From Patescibacteria group bacterium (GTDB lineage Bacteria > Patescibacteriota > Patescibacteriia > UBA9570): a stretch of DNA of 64,000 nucleotides. Location of the stretch: positions 16,432-80,431 of the forward strand of contig JBAZWO010000006.1 in assembly GCA_041660305.1 (NCBI GenBank), written 5' to 3'. A program made the position numbers and the translations under genes. Shown here piece after piece: positions 37,614 to 48,600 of the stretch (position 1 is its first letter; each line of letters begins with the position of its first letter). The notes beneath the pieces are model-generated. The model was not told the DNA's origin. It saw nothing but the letters and a program-made list of their open reading frames with translations, and searched no databases.

Positions 37614-39215
37614 ATGTTAAAAAGATTTATTAAAAAAATAAAATCAGTCACAGCGTACAGAACGTTATTCATTTGTGTAATTTTATTTTGGGGGATAATA
37701 CTATTTTCTGTTTGGATTATTGATCTTAGATTTCCGCTTGCATTATTTGAGTATTTATCTTGGGATGAATATCAATATTTGCCAATATTAAACAATTACC
37801 AAAGTGTACTTATCAAACAAGGCGTGGTTGAATTTATATATACAAATGAACCATTTGGTTACGGAGCAATCTTTTGGCAAATATATGCTTTAGGGTCAAT
37901 TTGGCTCCATAATTTTTTTAATGGAAGTGATTCTTCTTTAATTATTTTTAATTTACGTTGTATTACTTTTATTTTTCAAGTTGCCTCTTTAACTCTTGTA
38001 ATGAAGATTTTAAAATTAATATATGTAAAAAATGTTTAACCGAACATAGCGGCATTATTTTTTTTAGCCCCAATGAGCGGGCTATTATTGTTATATAAAC
38101 CATTTAGTCCAGATTATTTAGCAACCCTTTTAATTTTATTAGCAGTTTTTTTATTAATAAAATCAATTATTAATTTGAAAAAAACAACTACTTTTTATGT
38201 AATAAGTTGCATTTGTTTTGGATTAGCTGTTGGTATCAAATTATTTGTTTTACCGCTAGTATTATTAATAATTGTACCTTTACTCTATCAACAAATTTTA
38301 TCATTACAAAATATCACAAAAAATATTAAAAAATTATTTAATGGCATAGTATATTTTATTGTTGGTTTTATTGCGGCCAATAGCTATATCATTCGTTATG
38401 GTTTTAAAAATTATAATGATAAATTAGAAGAACTAAATATAGCAGTAATATCACCTAATTTTCAACACGCCATCAAACCACTAGGAATAATTAGCAGAAT
38501 TCAGCATTGGATATATAATCCTGGAAAGACGTATTATGATATTAATACTATTGGAATGTCACATGAAATAATAAATATATTTTTATTTGTTGGATTCGCA
38601 ATATTATTAATCTATTTATTAATCAGAAATATAAAACAAAAAAATCAATTGTTTTATATGGGATTAATTATTGGTTTTAGCGGTGTTTCTTTGTTTATTA
38701 TTACAATAATAATAACTAATCGTGTTTGGATGTGGTATTTATTATCAGCGGTGTATGTAATGGCGATTGGTTTTGGAGTAGTTACTGTTTATTTAAATAA
38801 AAATAAGCCTGGTAAATACTTTATTATCATATTTTTATTATTACATTGGGTATTTATATTACCCGGCACCATCACAAAATACAAACAGTATCTTAATAGT
38901 CGCTTTGATAAAGAAACTATTTCTTATAATAATTTTTATATTAATTGCATTCTAAAACATCAAAAAGAGTTAACTACTTCAAGTGTACCCGGATCAATAG
39001 TTAAATTACATAGAACTCCAGTGCCTGATGCATTATTGCTTACCACTTGCTGGGGACAGACCATATCACCAGTCCCATGCTTAACGAATGTTACTACTCA
39101 TGTAATCCAATATAATACTTTACCTGAAAATGACAAAAATATATTATTAAATGCGGGCTTTGAAGAAATCAAATGTAGTGAACAATGGTCTATTTATCAA
39201 CGTGTATTACCATAA
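37614..39215 (+). pseudogene. GT-C-like membrane protein, paralogue 3, interrupted by a single in-frame TAA (38037-38039)
   Basis: Track ORFs 37566-38039 and 38073-39215 are in the same frame. Joined they give about 534-550 aa, matching paralogues 1 and 2, with LSWDEYQY and EPFGYGAIFWQIYALG motifs. The stop sits within a conserved TM region. Confidence 0.7.
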
Positions 39216-39239
39216 TAATGCTGTGTATATAGTTGAATG

Positions 39240-40040
39240 CTAGTGAATGTTTTTTCTATATTGTTCGCTTTCCATGTTCTGTAACTGGTAAATTTCATCT
39301 ACAGATAATGGTTTAATAGTTTTATTAAGTTTATTAATAGTATCTATAATATAGGCGTTGGCCGCAAATACTTCTTGAATACCAGGAGTAATGTTTTTAG
39401 TATTTAAAAATACAGCGGCATCGGGAAAAAGACAGGTAGTAGGTGCAATAATAGTTTTATAATCTACCGGTGAAAACTCTTTAAAATTAGGAAGATTAAT
39501 TTTTAAATAACGTTCTAGTTTTGCATTAATAGCTAATGTTAATTGTAGAGCTTCATTAGCATTATTACTACAAGTAATTAAGCCATGGTTGGCTAAAAAC
39601 AGTACCTTGGGATTATTATTTTCTTTTAGCTGTTCTTGAATAGCCCTGGCTAAGGCTTGGCCAGGAGTGTGGTAAGTAACAAATAGTGGTTTCAAATCAT
39701 CAAATAATTTATGTAGTATCTCAGTGCCATTAACCATACAGTTGAATACGTTTACATACACCGGATGAGTATGAATAGTAATGTTCGGTAACGAGAGATG
39801 CATCGGTAGCTCCATAGAAGGACGAATGGTTGCAGTAGATCCAAGAATTACTTGTGTTTTGCGATCAATAACAGCGTAACCATGATTGATGGTCATGTTT
39901 TTGAAAGTAGTACCAGAAGCCTTGATATATAACGCTGTATCATTTTTAACTGAAATATTGCCACCGCCACCTTGAATCATTGTTGGCAGTGAGCCAAGTT
40001 GATGAGACAGTTCTAATAATGTTGCTAATGTTTTGTCCAT
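39240..40040 (-). CDS. class II aldolase/adducin-family protein (aldolase, epimerase or dehydratase on a sugar phosphate)
   Basis: GGGGNISVK and the metal-binding IHTHPVY pattern. Confidence 0.75.
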   Translation of the reverse strand: MDKTLATLLELSHQLGSLPTMIQGGGGNISVKNDTALYIKASGTTFKNMTINHGYAVIDRKTQVILGSTATIRPSMELPMHLSLPNITIHTHPVYVNVFNCMVNGTEILHKLFDDLKPLFVTYHTPGQALARAIQEQLKENNNPKVLFLANHGLITCSNNANEALQLTLAINAKLERYLKINLPNFKEFSPVDYKTIIAPTTCLFPDAAVFLNTKNITPGIQEVFAANAYIIDTINKLNKTIKPLSVDEIYQLQNMESEQYRKNIH

Positions 40041-40044
40041 GAAG

Positions 40045-42165
40045 TTATTCGGGCAGTTTATTTAATTCGCTATAAAAATAAAGTACAAATAGTTGTTCAA
40101 TGCCATTGTAGTTATCATCCCACACTGGGCTGCCATAAGTTAGTTCCTCCAAATTAGGTATTAGCACATAAGCAACGTTTCTTATGTCTTGTTTGCCTAG
40201 TATGCCGGCAAAACGAATAGTTTGATGGTGTAAATTAGGTTCATACCAATGTTCCACTTTTATTGTGGGGTAATTCGCTAACTGTTCAATTAGTGGATCT
40301 AGTTGAATAGAATTATCACAACTAATATCCAGTACTAACACTGGTTCAATGCCTTCTTGTAAGGGTTGTGTTGGTGTTAGAGAAATCACAACATCAGCAA
40401 AAGCACGTTGTGGACGAATATATTGATTAGCATCAGCTTCGCGTGCTCCTAATTGTTTTAGTATTTCTTCTTTACTACGTTGTCTATCTTTCTGATCGCG
40501 CATTAATTTCCAATGTTTACGTAAAGCTTCATCTGGTTCTACATAGATTTTAATATCAAAAATAGAACGCATTTTACTTAAATAAAAGGGATGTAACCCA
40601 ACATAGATAATTACTTTATTAGTTGTAATATTATTTAAGGAAGTAAATTTACCGGTGGCGTGATTGTAAGATGAACGCTTAATATTGGCACCGGTTTTTA
40701 ATATAGCAGTTTGTAGTAGCTCTTTGTATAAATTGTTACTTTTTGGATTTAAATGCGTAAATTGTTGCCAATTAGTATTATTGCGTTCCCATTTATGGGC
40801 ATCGTCTCCTTCAATACAAATTGCATTATTATTACCAAATAATTGTACCAGTTTTTTAGCTAAAGTGTTTTTACCAGCGCCAGAATCTCCGCCAATGCCA
40901 ACTACCAATGGCTTGTCAGCTATTTTGTATTCTAAATTGCTTTTCACTCCCACGCGATAAATCCACACGGCATTCATAATTATCGATGCTACTAGTAAAG
41001 TAAATATTAAATTAAGTAGTAATGGAATATTTAAACCAGGAATGGCCAAAACAAAACCAGAATTGATTAATTGAAAACTTGAAGTAAACGCTGCATCCGG
41101 ACTTAATACAAAATATAATAGATAAGCAATATTTAACGACCAAAAACTTATTTTTGGAATATTCTGATATTTGGCAAAGAAATATACATAAAAAGGAATG
41201 GACCAATAAAACCAGCCCGGCATTGGTGGAACAAAAATTACAAACACCGTAAATAACAAACCTAAAATAAGTAAAAAAGCATCTTTATTAAGTTTATGGT
41301 ATGGAAAAAAATTAAAAAACAAAATAAAAATAGCGGTAACAGCTAATAGTAATTGTAAATTATTATGTAGATAAGGTAAGGAAACTAAAAATATTTTTGC
41401 AGATTCATCGGTACCAAACACGCTTTTTATAAAACCATTAGAAAACAAATAAGGCGTGATAATAAGACCGAAGGCGGCTAATCCGGCACAACAATAACCA
41501 AACGCATGTTTTAAGGAATAGCGATTAACAAAAAAGTAAATAAAATAAAACGGCAGAACAACTAGTAAATGGGTTTTGGTAGCAATTCCTAAACCAAGTA
41601 ATAACACAGCTGGAAGTGGCTTCTTATTAAACAGAAAAATTAACGAAATGAACAAAATAGCCATTGGCATTACATCTAGTTGTCCATGAACATAATTAAT
41701 GAAAAATAAAATTGGAGAAGTCCAATATAACCATAGCACTTGTTTTTCTTTGGTTTCAAGCCATTTAGCTAATACTATATAAATTGCAGTATCTGCTAAT
41801 AATATAGGTAAACGCATCATTAATAAATTCCCAAATTGTACTACAGACCCGTCTAGATTTACAAACGGTATAAAAAGTAATCGAGCTAAAGTAAAAATCC
41901 ACAACATGACTGGTGGGTAAGGGAAAGCTCCTGGATAACCTTGCTGTACAAAAAATTCATAGGGATTATGAAAACCAGAGGTAACAAAATAATTTACAAA
42001 CGGAATAAAGCCTTTCACTAAAAAATCGGAACCAAGTAGGCTGCCGGCAATAATTTTAATACCCAAAATAATTAAGAACCATTTGTTGAACAATAATTTT
42101 CTCAACGGTATGTGATAGCGTTCTTCAATTTTTGTGAGAGTGATCATGGTGCTCAATAAATACAA
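40045..42165 (-). CDS. fusion protein: N-terminal polytopic GT-C/DUF2029-like membrane domain + C-terminal phosphoribulokinase/uridine-kinase-family P-loop kinase
   Basis: The membrane part (about aa 1-410) carries GAFPYPPVMLW. The kinase part has P-loop GIGGDSGAGKNTLAKKL, IEGDDAHKWER (PRK-like) and KIYVEPDEALRKHWKLMRD...YIRPQ..ADVVI. Confidence 0.7.
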   Translation of the reverse strand: MYLLSTMITLTKIEERYHIPLRKLLFNKWFLIILGIKIIAGSLLGSDFLVKGFIPFVNYFVTSGFHNPYEFFVQQGYPGAFPYPPVMLWIFTLARLLFIPFVNLDGSVVQFGNLLMMRLPILLADTAIYIVLAKWLETKEKQVLWLYWTSPILFFINYVHGQLDVMPMAILFISLIFLFNKKPLPAVLLLGLGIATKTHLLVVLPFYFIYFFVNRYSLKHAFGYCCAGLAAFGLIITPYLFSNGFIKSVFGTDESAKIFLVSLPYLHNNLQLLLAVTAIFILFFNFFPYHKLNKDAFLLILGLLFTVFVIFVPPMPGWFYWSIPFYVYFFAKYQNIPKISFWSLNIAYLLYFVLSPDAAFTSSFQLINSGFVLAIPGLNIPLLLNLIFTLLVASIIMNAVWIYRVGVKSNLEYKIADKPLVVGIGGDSGAGKNTLAKKLVQLFGNNNAICIEGDDAHKWERNNTNWQQFTHLNPKSNNLYKELLQTAILKTGANIKRSSYNHATGKFTSLNNITTNKVIIYVGLHPFYLSKMRSIFDIKIYVEPDEALRKHWKLMRDQKDRQRSKEEILKQLGAREADANQYIRPQRAFADVVISLTPTQPLQEGIEPVLVLDISCDNSIQLDPLIEQLANYPTIKVEHWYEPNLHHQTIRFAGILGKQDIRNVAYVLIPNLEELTYGSPVWDDNYNGIEQLFVLYFYSELNKLPE

Positions 42166-42544
42166 CTAATTTTAGACCAATAAAGTTAGTGATTGTAGAT
42201 AGCCCAATTGCAAATACATTAGCCAATAACGGATTAAAGCGCAATACATCTACTAATAAAGCAACTAAGAGTAAACTTAGTACTAAAGAAATAAGATACA
42301 CGGTAATGTAAATAACAAATTCACGGCGTTTCTGGTTATGGGATTTTTCTGTCGCAAATGTCCAATTACGGTTCAAATAATATCCTAATATTAGTCCAGT
42401 AATATAGCCAATACCACTCGCGACTACATAGTTTATTTGAATTACCGAGTAATTCAAATAAAATACAGTATAATTTAACACAGTACACAAACCACCTACT
42501 ACTAAAAATTTTACTAATTGGTTTATAAATTTTTTATTAATCAC
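42125..42544 (-). CDS. GtrA-family membrane protein (polyprenol-phosphate sugar translocation-associated)
   Basis: A 139-aa protein with 4 TM segments and LVKFLVVGGLCTVLNY typical of GtrA. Confidence 0.8.
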   Translation of the reverse strand: MINKKFINQLVKFLVVGGLCTVLNYTVFYLNYSVIQINYVVASGIGYITGLILGYYLNRNWTFATEKSHNQKRREFVIYITVYLISLVLSLLLVALLVDVLRFNPLLANVFAIGLSTITNFIGLKLVVFIEHHDHSHKN

Positions 42545-42603
42545 AGAACATAGTATATAAAATAATCACTAATTTGGCCAGAAGTGATATAATCAGATAA
42601 ATT

Positions 42604-43224
42604 ATGAATTATCCATATAAATTAGGGGTAGGGTTATTACCCACAGTAAGTTCTCAAAATAAAATATATCAATTAGTTAATGAATTAAAGAAAACGATAC
42701 CGCTAGCATTTGCTGCCCAGTCTGATGTTAGCATTTCTCACTTAACGTTATTTCAAGGTAAGTTCGAATTCGAACAAGTTGTTCATAAGGTAATTGAACA
42801 ATTAGAAGCCCCAAAAAACATCAATCAATTAATGGTGAAGAATTTGAGTATCTGGGCAGAAAAAATTATTTTTCTTGATTTTTATAATACAGCTGTATCT
42901 CAACAATTTCATGAACAAATATTTAACATATTATTTCCAATATGCGAAGGTAAATCTGCTGATCCGCAAGCTTTTACGGACATTAGTCAAGATGAACAAA
43001 CTAGTTTTGATAAAATCGGTTATCCATTTTCTTTAAAAGCTTATAAACCGCACATTACATTAGCACACATTAAAGTGGATCAGATTAACAAACCAATATT
43101 ACTACCAATTCCAGATTTTAAGATAGTTGAATTTGAATCCTTAGTGGTTTACAAGGTAGAAGAATTAGGTGCGTGCCGTGAATTTATTTATAAACGGTTG
43201 ATTAATAATTCTGCTGGTACGTGA
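42604..43224 (+). CDS. 2H phosphoesterase superfamily protein (LigT/cyclic phosphodiesterase-like)
   Basis: Two H-x-T-x motifs, SHLTLF and PHITLA, at a spacing compatible with the 2H fold. Confidence 0.55.
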   Translation: MNYPYKLGVGLLPTVSSQNKIYQLVNELKKTIPLAFAAQSDVSISHLTLFQGKFEFEQVVHKVIEQLEAPKNINQLMVKNLSIWAEKIIFLDFYNTAVSQQFHEQIFNILFPICEGKSADPQAFTDISQDEQTSFDKIGYPFSLKAYKPHITLAHIKVDQINKPILLPIPDFKIVEFESLVVYKVEELGACREFIYKRLINNSAGT

Positions 43225-44021
43225 GATAGAATTTCATCTTTTGTAAACACTAGCGAAGCAATATAACCATTAAGATTATAAGGTTCATCATAACCTTCAC
43301 TATCTGGTCGATTAAATGTAAAATCATTGCCTTTAAGATCGCAAATGAATCCGCCATAAGCTTTAAGAATTGGCTCTGCCATAGCAATATCCCAATCTTT
43401 GGAATAGTTGTAGTTCATAATTACTAAATTAGTCTGGTCGGCTAACAATGCAGCGATTGAAGCGCCAGAACCACCATCGTAATATAGTTGTGTTGTTAAC
43501 CCTAATTTATTTCCTAAATTATAATAAAAATGTTCTAATATTTTATTTGGATCTAATTTACGTACCCAACCGACCAGCTTAGAACGGGATGAGATATTGG
43601 TAGTAATCTGATCACTGCGCCATAATTTATCTACTCCTGGTAAATAAATGAGCCCAGCAATAGATTTATAGGTACTATTTGGTTGGCGTTGTAACAAGGC
43701 GGCGTTGACAGCATAACCATCTACCAAACCAGCGCAAAATTCATCAGTACCATCTACAGGGTCAATTTGCCAAATTAAATCATGTTTAAAACGATTCTCA
43801 TATTTTTGTTCTTCAGAATATGAACCAGGAAACCGAGGTCTAATTCTATCTAAAATATATTTACTAGCCGCCACATCAGCTTCGGTTACTATATCTCGAA
43901 ATTTCTTTGGTATACCTTTTTGTTTGCCAGTCACTTTTCCAAATCTCGGCAAAATCTCTTGTTTTGCTGCGGCACGAACCAGATTGGTCATGTAGTCTAA
44001 TTCATATTTTATATCAAGCAT
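43188..44021 (-). CDS. inositol monophosphatase / CysQ-family phosphatase
   Basis: The WQIDPVDGTDEF motif, DWDIAMAEPIL, and an upstream EAD segment. Confidence 0.8.
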   Translation of the reverse strand: MLDIKYELDYMTNLVRAAAKQEILPRFGKVTGKQKGIPKKFRDIVTEADVAASKYILDRIRPRFPGSYSEEQKYENRFKHDLIWQIDPVDGTDEFCAGLVDGYAVNAALLQRQPNSTYKSIAGLIYLPGVDKLWRSDQITTNISSRSKLVGWVRKLDPNKILEHFYYNLGNKLGLTTQLYYDGGSGASIAALLADQTNLVIMNYNYSKDWDIAMAEPILKAYGGFICDLKGNDFTFNRPDSEGYDEPYNLNGYIASLVFTKDEILSHVPAELLINRL

Positions 44022-44067
44022 ATACTTATCCTCTATTTTAATCGCTTTTAATATTTTATGCTATACT

Positions 44068-44898
44068 ATGTGCCATATGGCAAACATCATTCCTATGGCC
44101 GGTATCGGTTCACGTTTTTCCGAAGCCGGGTATTTACTACCCAAAGCCTTAATCCCAGTTTCCGGTAAACCAATGATTACTCGGGTAATCGAAGCTTTGC
44201 CACCAGCGGAAAAAAATATTTTTATTGTACGCCAAGAGCACATTAATCAATATGGTATTGATATGCTCATTAAACAATTACTACCGCAAGCGATTGTAAT
44301 TCCAGTAGAGAAAACTACCGAGGGACAAGCTTGTACGACTATGCTAGCAATGCCTTATCTTGAGCCAAATGATGAAATGTTTATTGCAGCTTGTGATAAT
44401 AGCTTTGTCTATAATCGTAAACGCTATGCGCAACTTACTGCCGATTCAACAATTGACGCGATTATTTGGACATTTACTCAAGAAAAATTACTAGTTCAAA
44501 AACCAACTGCCTGGGGTTGGGTAAAGTTAGCTAGTGATGGTTTAACGATTGATGATATGTCGGTTAAAGTGCCAGTATCTGATAATCCGTTTAACGATCA
44601 TGCGGTAGTGGCTACTTTTTATTTTAAAAAAGCCAGTGATTTTAAAGTGGCCTATGATTTAATGATTCAAGATAATTATCGTATTAATAATGAATTTTAT
44701 GTAGATGCTATGCCGATATTCTACAAAAAACTAGATAAACGAAGTGTGATGTTTGATGTAGATTTATATGTGGGTTGGGGCAAACCGCAAGATTTATACG
44801 AATATCAACTGTGGGAATATGTCTGTGAGCATAATCGTCCAGCGCCCGATGCTGCTAAGCTACCATTATGGCGACAGTTTTTTAAGCAGTTAAAGTGA
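44068..44898 (+). CDS. sugar-phosphate nucleotidyltransferase (NTP_transferase fold)
   Basis: IIPMAGIGSRFSEAGYLLPKALIPVSGKPMI. The ATG at 44077 is an alternative start. Confidence 0.7.
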   Translation: MCHMANIIPMAGIGSRFSEAGYLLPKALIPVSGKPMITRVIEALPPAEKNIFIVRQEHINQYGIDMLIKQLLPQAIVIPVEKTTEGQACTTMLAMPYLEPNDEMFIAACDNSFVYNRKRYAQLTADSTIDAIIWTFTQEKLLVQKPTAWGWVKLASDGLTIDDMSVKVPVSDNPFNDHAVVATFYFKKASDFKVAYDLMIQDNYRINNEFYVDAMPIFYKKLDKRSVMFDVDLYVGWGKPQDLYEYQLWEYVCEHNRPAPDAAKLPLWRQFFKQLK

Positions 44899-44913
44899 CC
44901 ATTAGAATGTGTT

Positions 44914-45684
44914 ATGAAATTTTCAATTATTACACCTTCCTATAATCAAGCCCAATTTATTGAACGTACTATTAAAAGTGTTTTAAGCCAAACTGGAGAT
45001 TTTGAATTAGAATATATTATTATGGATGGTGGCTCAACTGATGGTAGTGTTGAAACTATTAAACATTATGCCCAGCAAGATAAACGCATTATTTGGCGAT
45101 CAGAAAAAGACAGTGGACAATCTAATGCTATTAACAAAGGTTTAAAATTAGCCAGCGGTGATATTATTGCTTATTTAAATTCAGATGATATCTATCTGCC
45201 GAATGCCTTACAAATGGTAATGGAAGAATTTAAAAAAAATACTACTATTTCATGGGTCACCGGACAGTGTAAGATTATTAATAAGCATGATGTTGAAATA
45301 AAAAAAATTATCACGTGTTATAAAAATTTTTTTCTAAAACATTATAGTCATTCTAGTTTATTGGTATTAAATTATATTTCTCAACCAGCTACTTTTTGGC
45401 GTAAAACAGTTTTATTGGCCACTGGAGAATTTAACGAAAAAGAACACCTGGTGATGGATTATGAATATTGGTTAAGATTGAGTAAAAAATATCAGTTAAA
45501 TGTGATTGATAAGTATTTAGCTGGTTTTCGCTCGTATCAAAGCAATAAAAGTAGTTTACGTTTTGTAGAACAATTTAAAAGTGAGCATCGTATAGCTGCT
45601 CAATATACAAATAATCCATTGATTATTTTTTTGCATAAATTGCACAGTTGGTTGATTATCAGTTGTTATAAATTATTATCTTAA
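44914..45684 (+). CDS. glycosyltransferase family 2
   Basis: FSIITPSYNQAQFI, MDGGSTDGS, and the DxD motif NSDDIY. Confidence 0.85.
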   Translation: MKFSIITPSYNQAQFIERTIKSVLSQTGDFELEYIIMDGGSTDGSVETIKHYAQQDKRIIWRSEKDSGQSNAINKGLKLASGDIIAYLNSDDIYLPNALQMVMEEFKKNTTISWVTGQCKIINKHDVEIKKIITCYKNFFLKHYSHSSLLVLNYISQPATFWRKTVLLATGEFNEKEHLVMDYEYWLRLSKKYQLNVIDKYLAGFRSYQSNKSSLRFVEQFKSEHRIAAQYTNNPLIIFLHKLHSWLIISCYKLLS

Positions 45685-48600
45685 ATGAAGCGCTATCTTA
45701 TTATTATTCATCCGCATTTTACGTTACCAGGGGGGGCTGGTAAGTTAGCCTTAGAAATTGGCTCGCGTTTAACTAATGTTTGGGAAGTAATTACCGTGGC
45801 TCAACAAGTAAAACCAGCTTGGATTAAAGCTTATCCAAATGTTAGATTTAAAAGTACAGCTGGTCCAATTACTAGTAGCTTAGTTTTTTGGTTATTATTT
45901 CCATATTGGTATTGGCACACAGCCAGAATAATTAATGATTATCGTAAATTAGGTGAAGTAACTATTTTTTGTAATGTATTTCCAGCACAGTGGTTAGGCT
46001 TAACTTATAAGTGGTTACATCCCACAATATGTTGTGTATGGTATTGTCATGAACCGAGTGCGTTTATTTACATAGCTGCTTGGAAAAATTCCATTCAAAG
46101 CAAATTAAAACGTTATCTAGCTAAAATTTTACAACCTGTTTTAGCTTGGATTGATAAACGGCTAGTAAATTTAGCTGATGTTATTTTTACAAATTCGGTT
46201 TATACACAAAAATATATTCAGCAAATTTATCAACGATCAAGTATCGTGGTATATCCAGGAGTAACTTTACTAAATCACAAGTTACTACCAATGGTGCAGC
46301 GTGAAAAAATGATTATGACAGTGGGAAGGCTTACTAAATTTAAACGCATAGATGTGCTGATTAATGCTTTTAATACACTACAACACCAAGATTATAAATT
46401 ATACATTATTGGTGATGGAGAAGAACATAACAATATCATTAAATTGGTTGAGCAATATAATTTATCAGATAGCATTAAAGTTTTAACTAATGTTAATGAT
46501 GCTACATTACAGCAATATTATGCGGCAGCTAAACTGTTTGTTAGTTGCGCTAAACAAGAGCCATTTGGTATGACTCTCATTGAAGCTATGGCTCATGGTT
46601 TACCAGTAATTGCTGATAATTCCGGTGGACCAAAAGAAATTGTACAGAATAATGTTACAGGTAAGTTGATAGATTGTACAGTTGAACAATTACGTACTTG
46701 TATAGATAAATTATTAGATCAGCCAGATACATTACAACAGTATTCTGAACAAGCTAGGTTAGTAGTGCATAAAAAATTTATTTGGCAAGAAGCAGTTCAA
46801 CAAATACAAAGTAATTTAGTACAATACCTTGCTTTAAACGTAAAACATTCCAATCAAAAAGTTACTTTATTAAAAAGAATTATCAATCAAGCTCGCTTTT
46901 TATTAAAAGTAGTGCTAGGTAAAGAGGTATTATTTTCTGTGCAGACTAAAATTCCACAGCAATTTTTTGGTTCAAAAAAATATGGTGGGTGGGTTATTAA
47001 TCCAGTAAAAATTAATAAAGATAGTATCATATATTCTTTTGGAATAGGGGAAGATATTTCATTTGATTTGGCATTAATAGAAAAGTTTAACTGTAAGGTT
47101 TTTGCATTTGATCCTACACCAAAATCTATTAATTGGCTTAAACAACAACAGCTGCCTAAAAATTTTTTTTATTATGAATATGGTTTAGCGTCTCAAGATG
47201 GATTTATAAAATTATTTCCTCCAAAAAATTCGGCCCATGTTTCACATAGTATTATCCAAAAAGACAGTACAAAACCGCCGATTAACGTACAGGTATTGCG
47301 CTTACAGACTATTATGAAGCAACTTGGACATCAACACATTGATATTTTAAAAATGGACATTGAAGGTTCTGAATACGAGGTGCTTGATGACATTTTGCGG
47401 CAGAATCTTGATATTGATCAAATCCTTATTGAGTTTCATCATCGATTTTCTAAAATTTCTGTTGCAAAAACAAAAAAAGCTATCAGACAGCTAAATCAAG
47501 CAGGATATAAAATATTTTCTATTTCTGCATCTAGAGAAGAATATTCTTTTTATAAAAACAATACTAAAATTTTACAAGTTATTCCTTATTTTGTACCAGC
47601 CTATGGTTATGGGGGGCCAGTTAAAGTGTGTTTTGATGTGTCTAAAGAACTGGTGCAACGTGGTTATAATGTTACAGTGGCCACTACCGATACGCTAGAC
47701 GATAAACGGCGTATTAAACAGCTAGACGAAACAATCGCTGGGGTAAGAATATTACGTTTTAAAAATGTGAGCAATCGATTTGCAAAAAAGTACAATGCTT
47801 ATTTGCCAATTAGTTTCTATTTCTGGTTTAAAAAAAATGTGCAATCCTTTGATTTAGTATATTGCCATGATTTTTTTACTTTGCAAAATGTAATTGTTAG
47901 TCACTTTTGTAAAAAATATTCTGTACCTTATTTTATTCAACCACATGGAGCATTATCTCCAATTAGGCAAGAAGCAAAATTTAAAAATATTAAAAAACAT
48001 TTTATTAATATTTTTCAGATTATTTTTACCAACGCTAAAGGCATTGTGGCTTTAACCAAACAGGAAAAACAAGATATTATATTAATTAACCAAACAGTCC
48101 AAGATAAAATTCATATTATTCCAAACGGATTAGATGGACAAGAATTTGAGCACGTTCAAAAAGTAGATTTACATCAAAAATTTTTTATACCAAAAGAAAA
48201 TAAAATAATCGGTTATATTGGCAGAGTACAATATATCAAAGGAATTGACATTACTCTTGAGATATTGAATTTATTAAAGGATAAAATGAAATTTACTTTT
48301 TTGATTATAGGACCCAATGAAGGTGAAAAAGAAAAATTGGAAAAAATTATTAAAAAATTAGAACTACAAAATAATATTATTTTCACCGGCATGTTAGTTC
48401 ATCAAGAAAAACTGGAAACTATTAAATCTTGTGATTTATTTATGTTCACTTCTCGCAATGAAGGTTTTTCCATGACAATATTAGAAATTGCTAGACTTGG
48501 TATTCCGCAAATCATTTCCACTAATTGTAATATTCCTGAAATTGGAGAGCATCAAGCAGGCTTTGTGTTAGATAGTGCAGATAAAAAAGCTTTTGTAGAT

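Noticed and set aside
37566-39215. Treating 37566-38039 and 38073-39215 as two independent small membrane-protein genes.
   Set aside because: They share a frame, are separated by a single stop, and are jointly collinear and equal in length with the two intact paralogues. An interrupted single gene is the better model.
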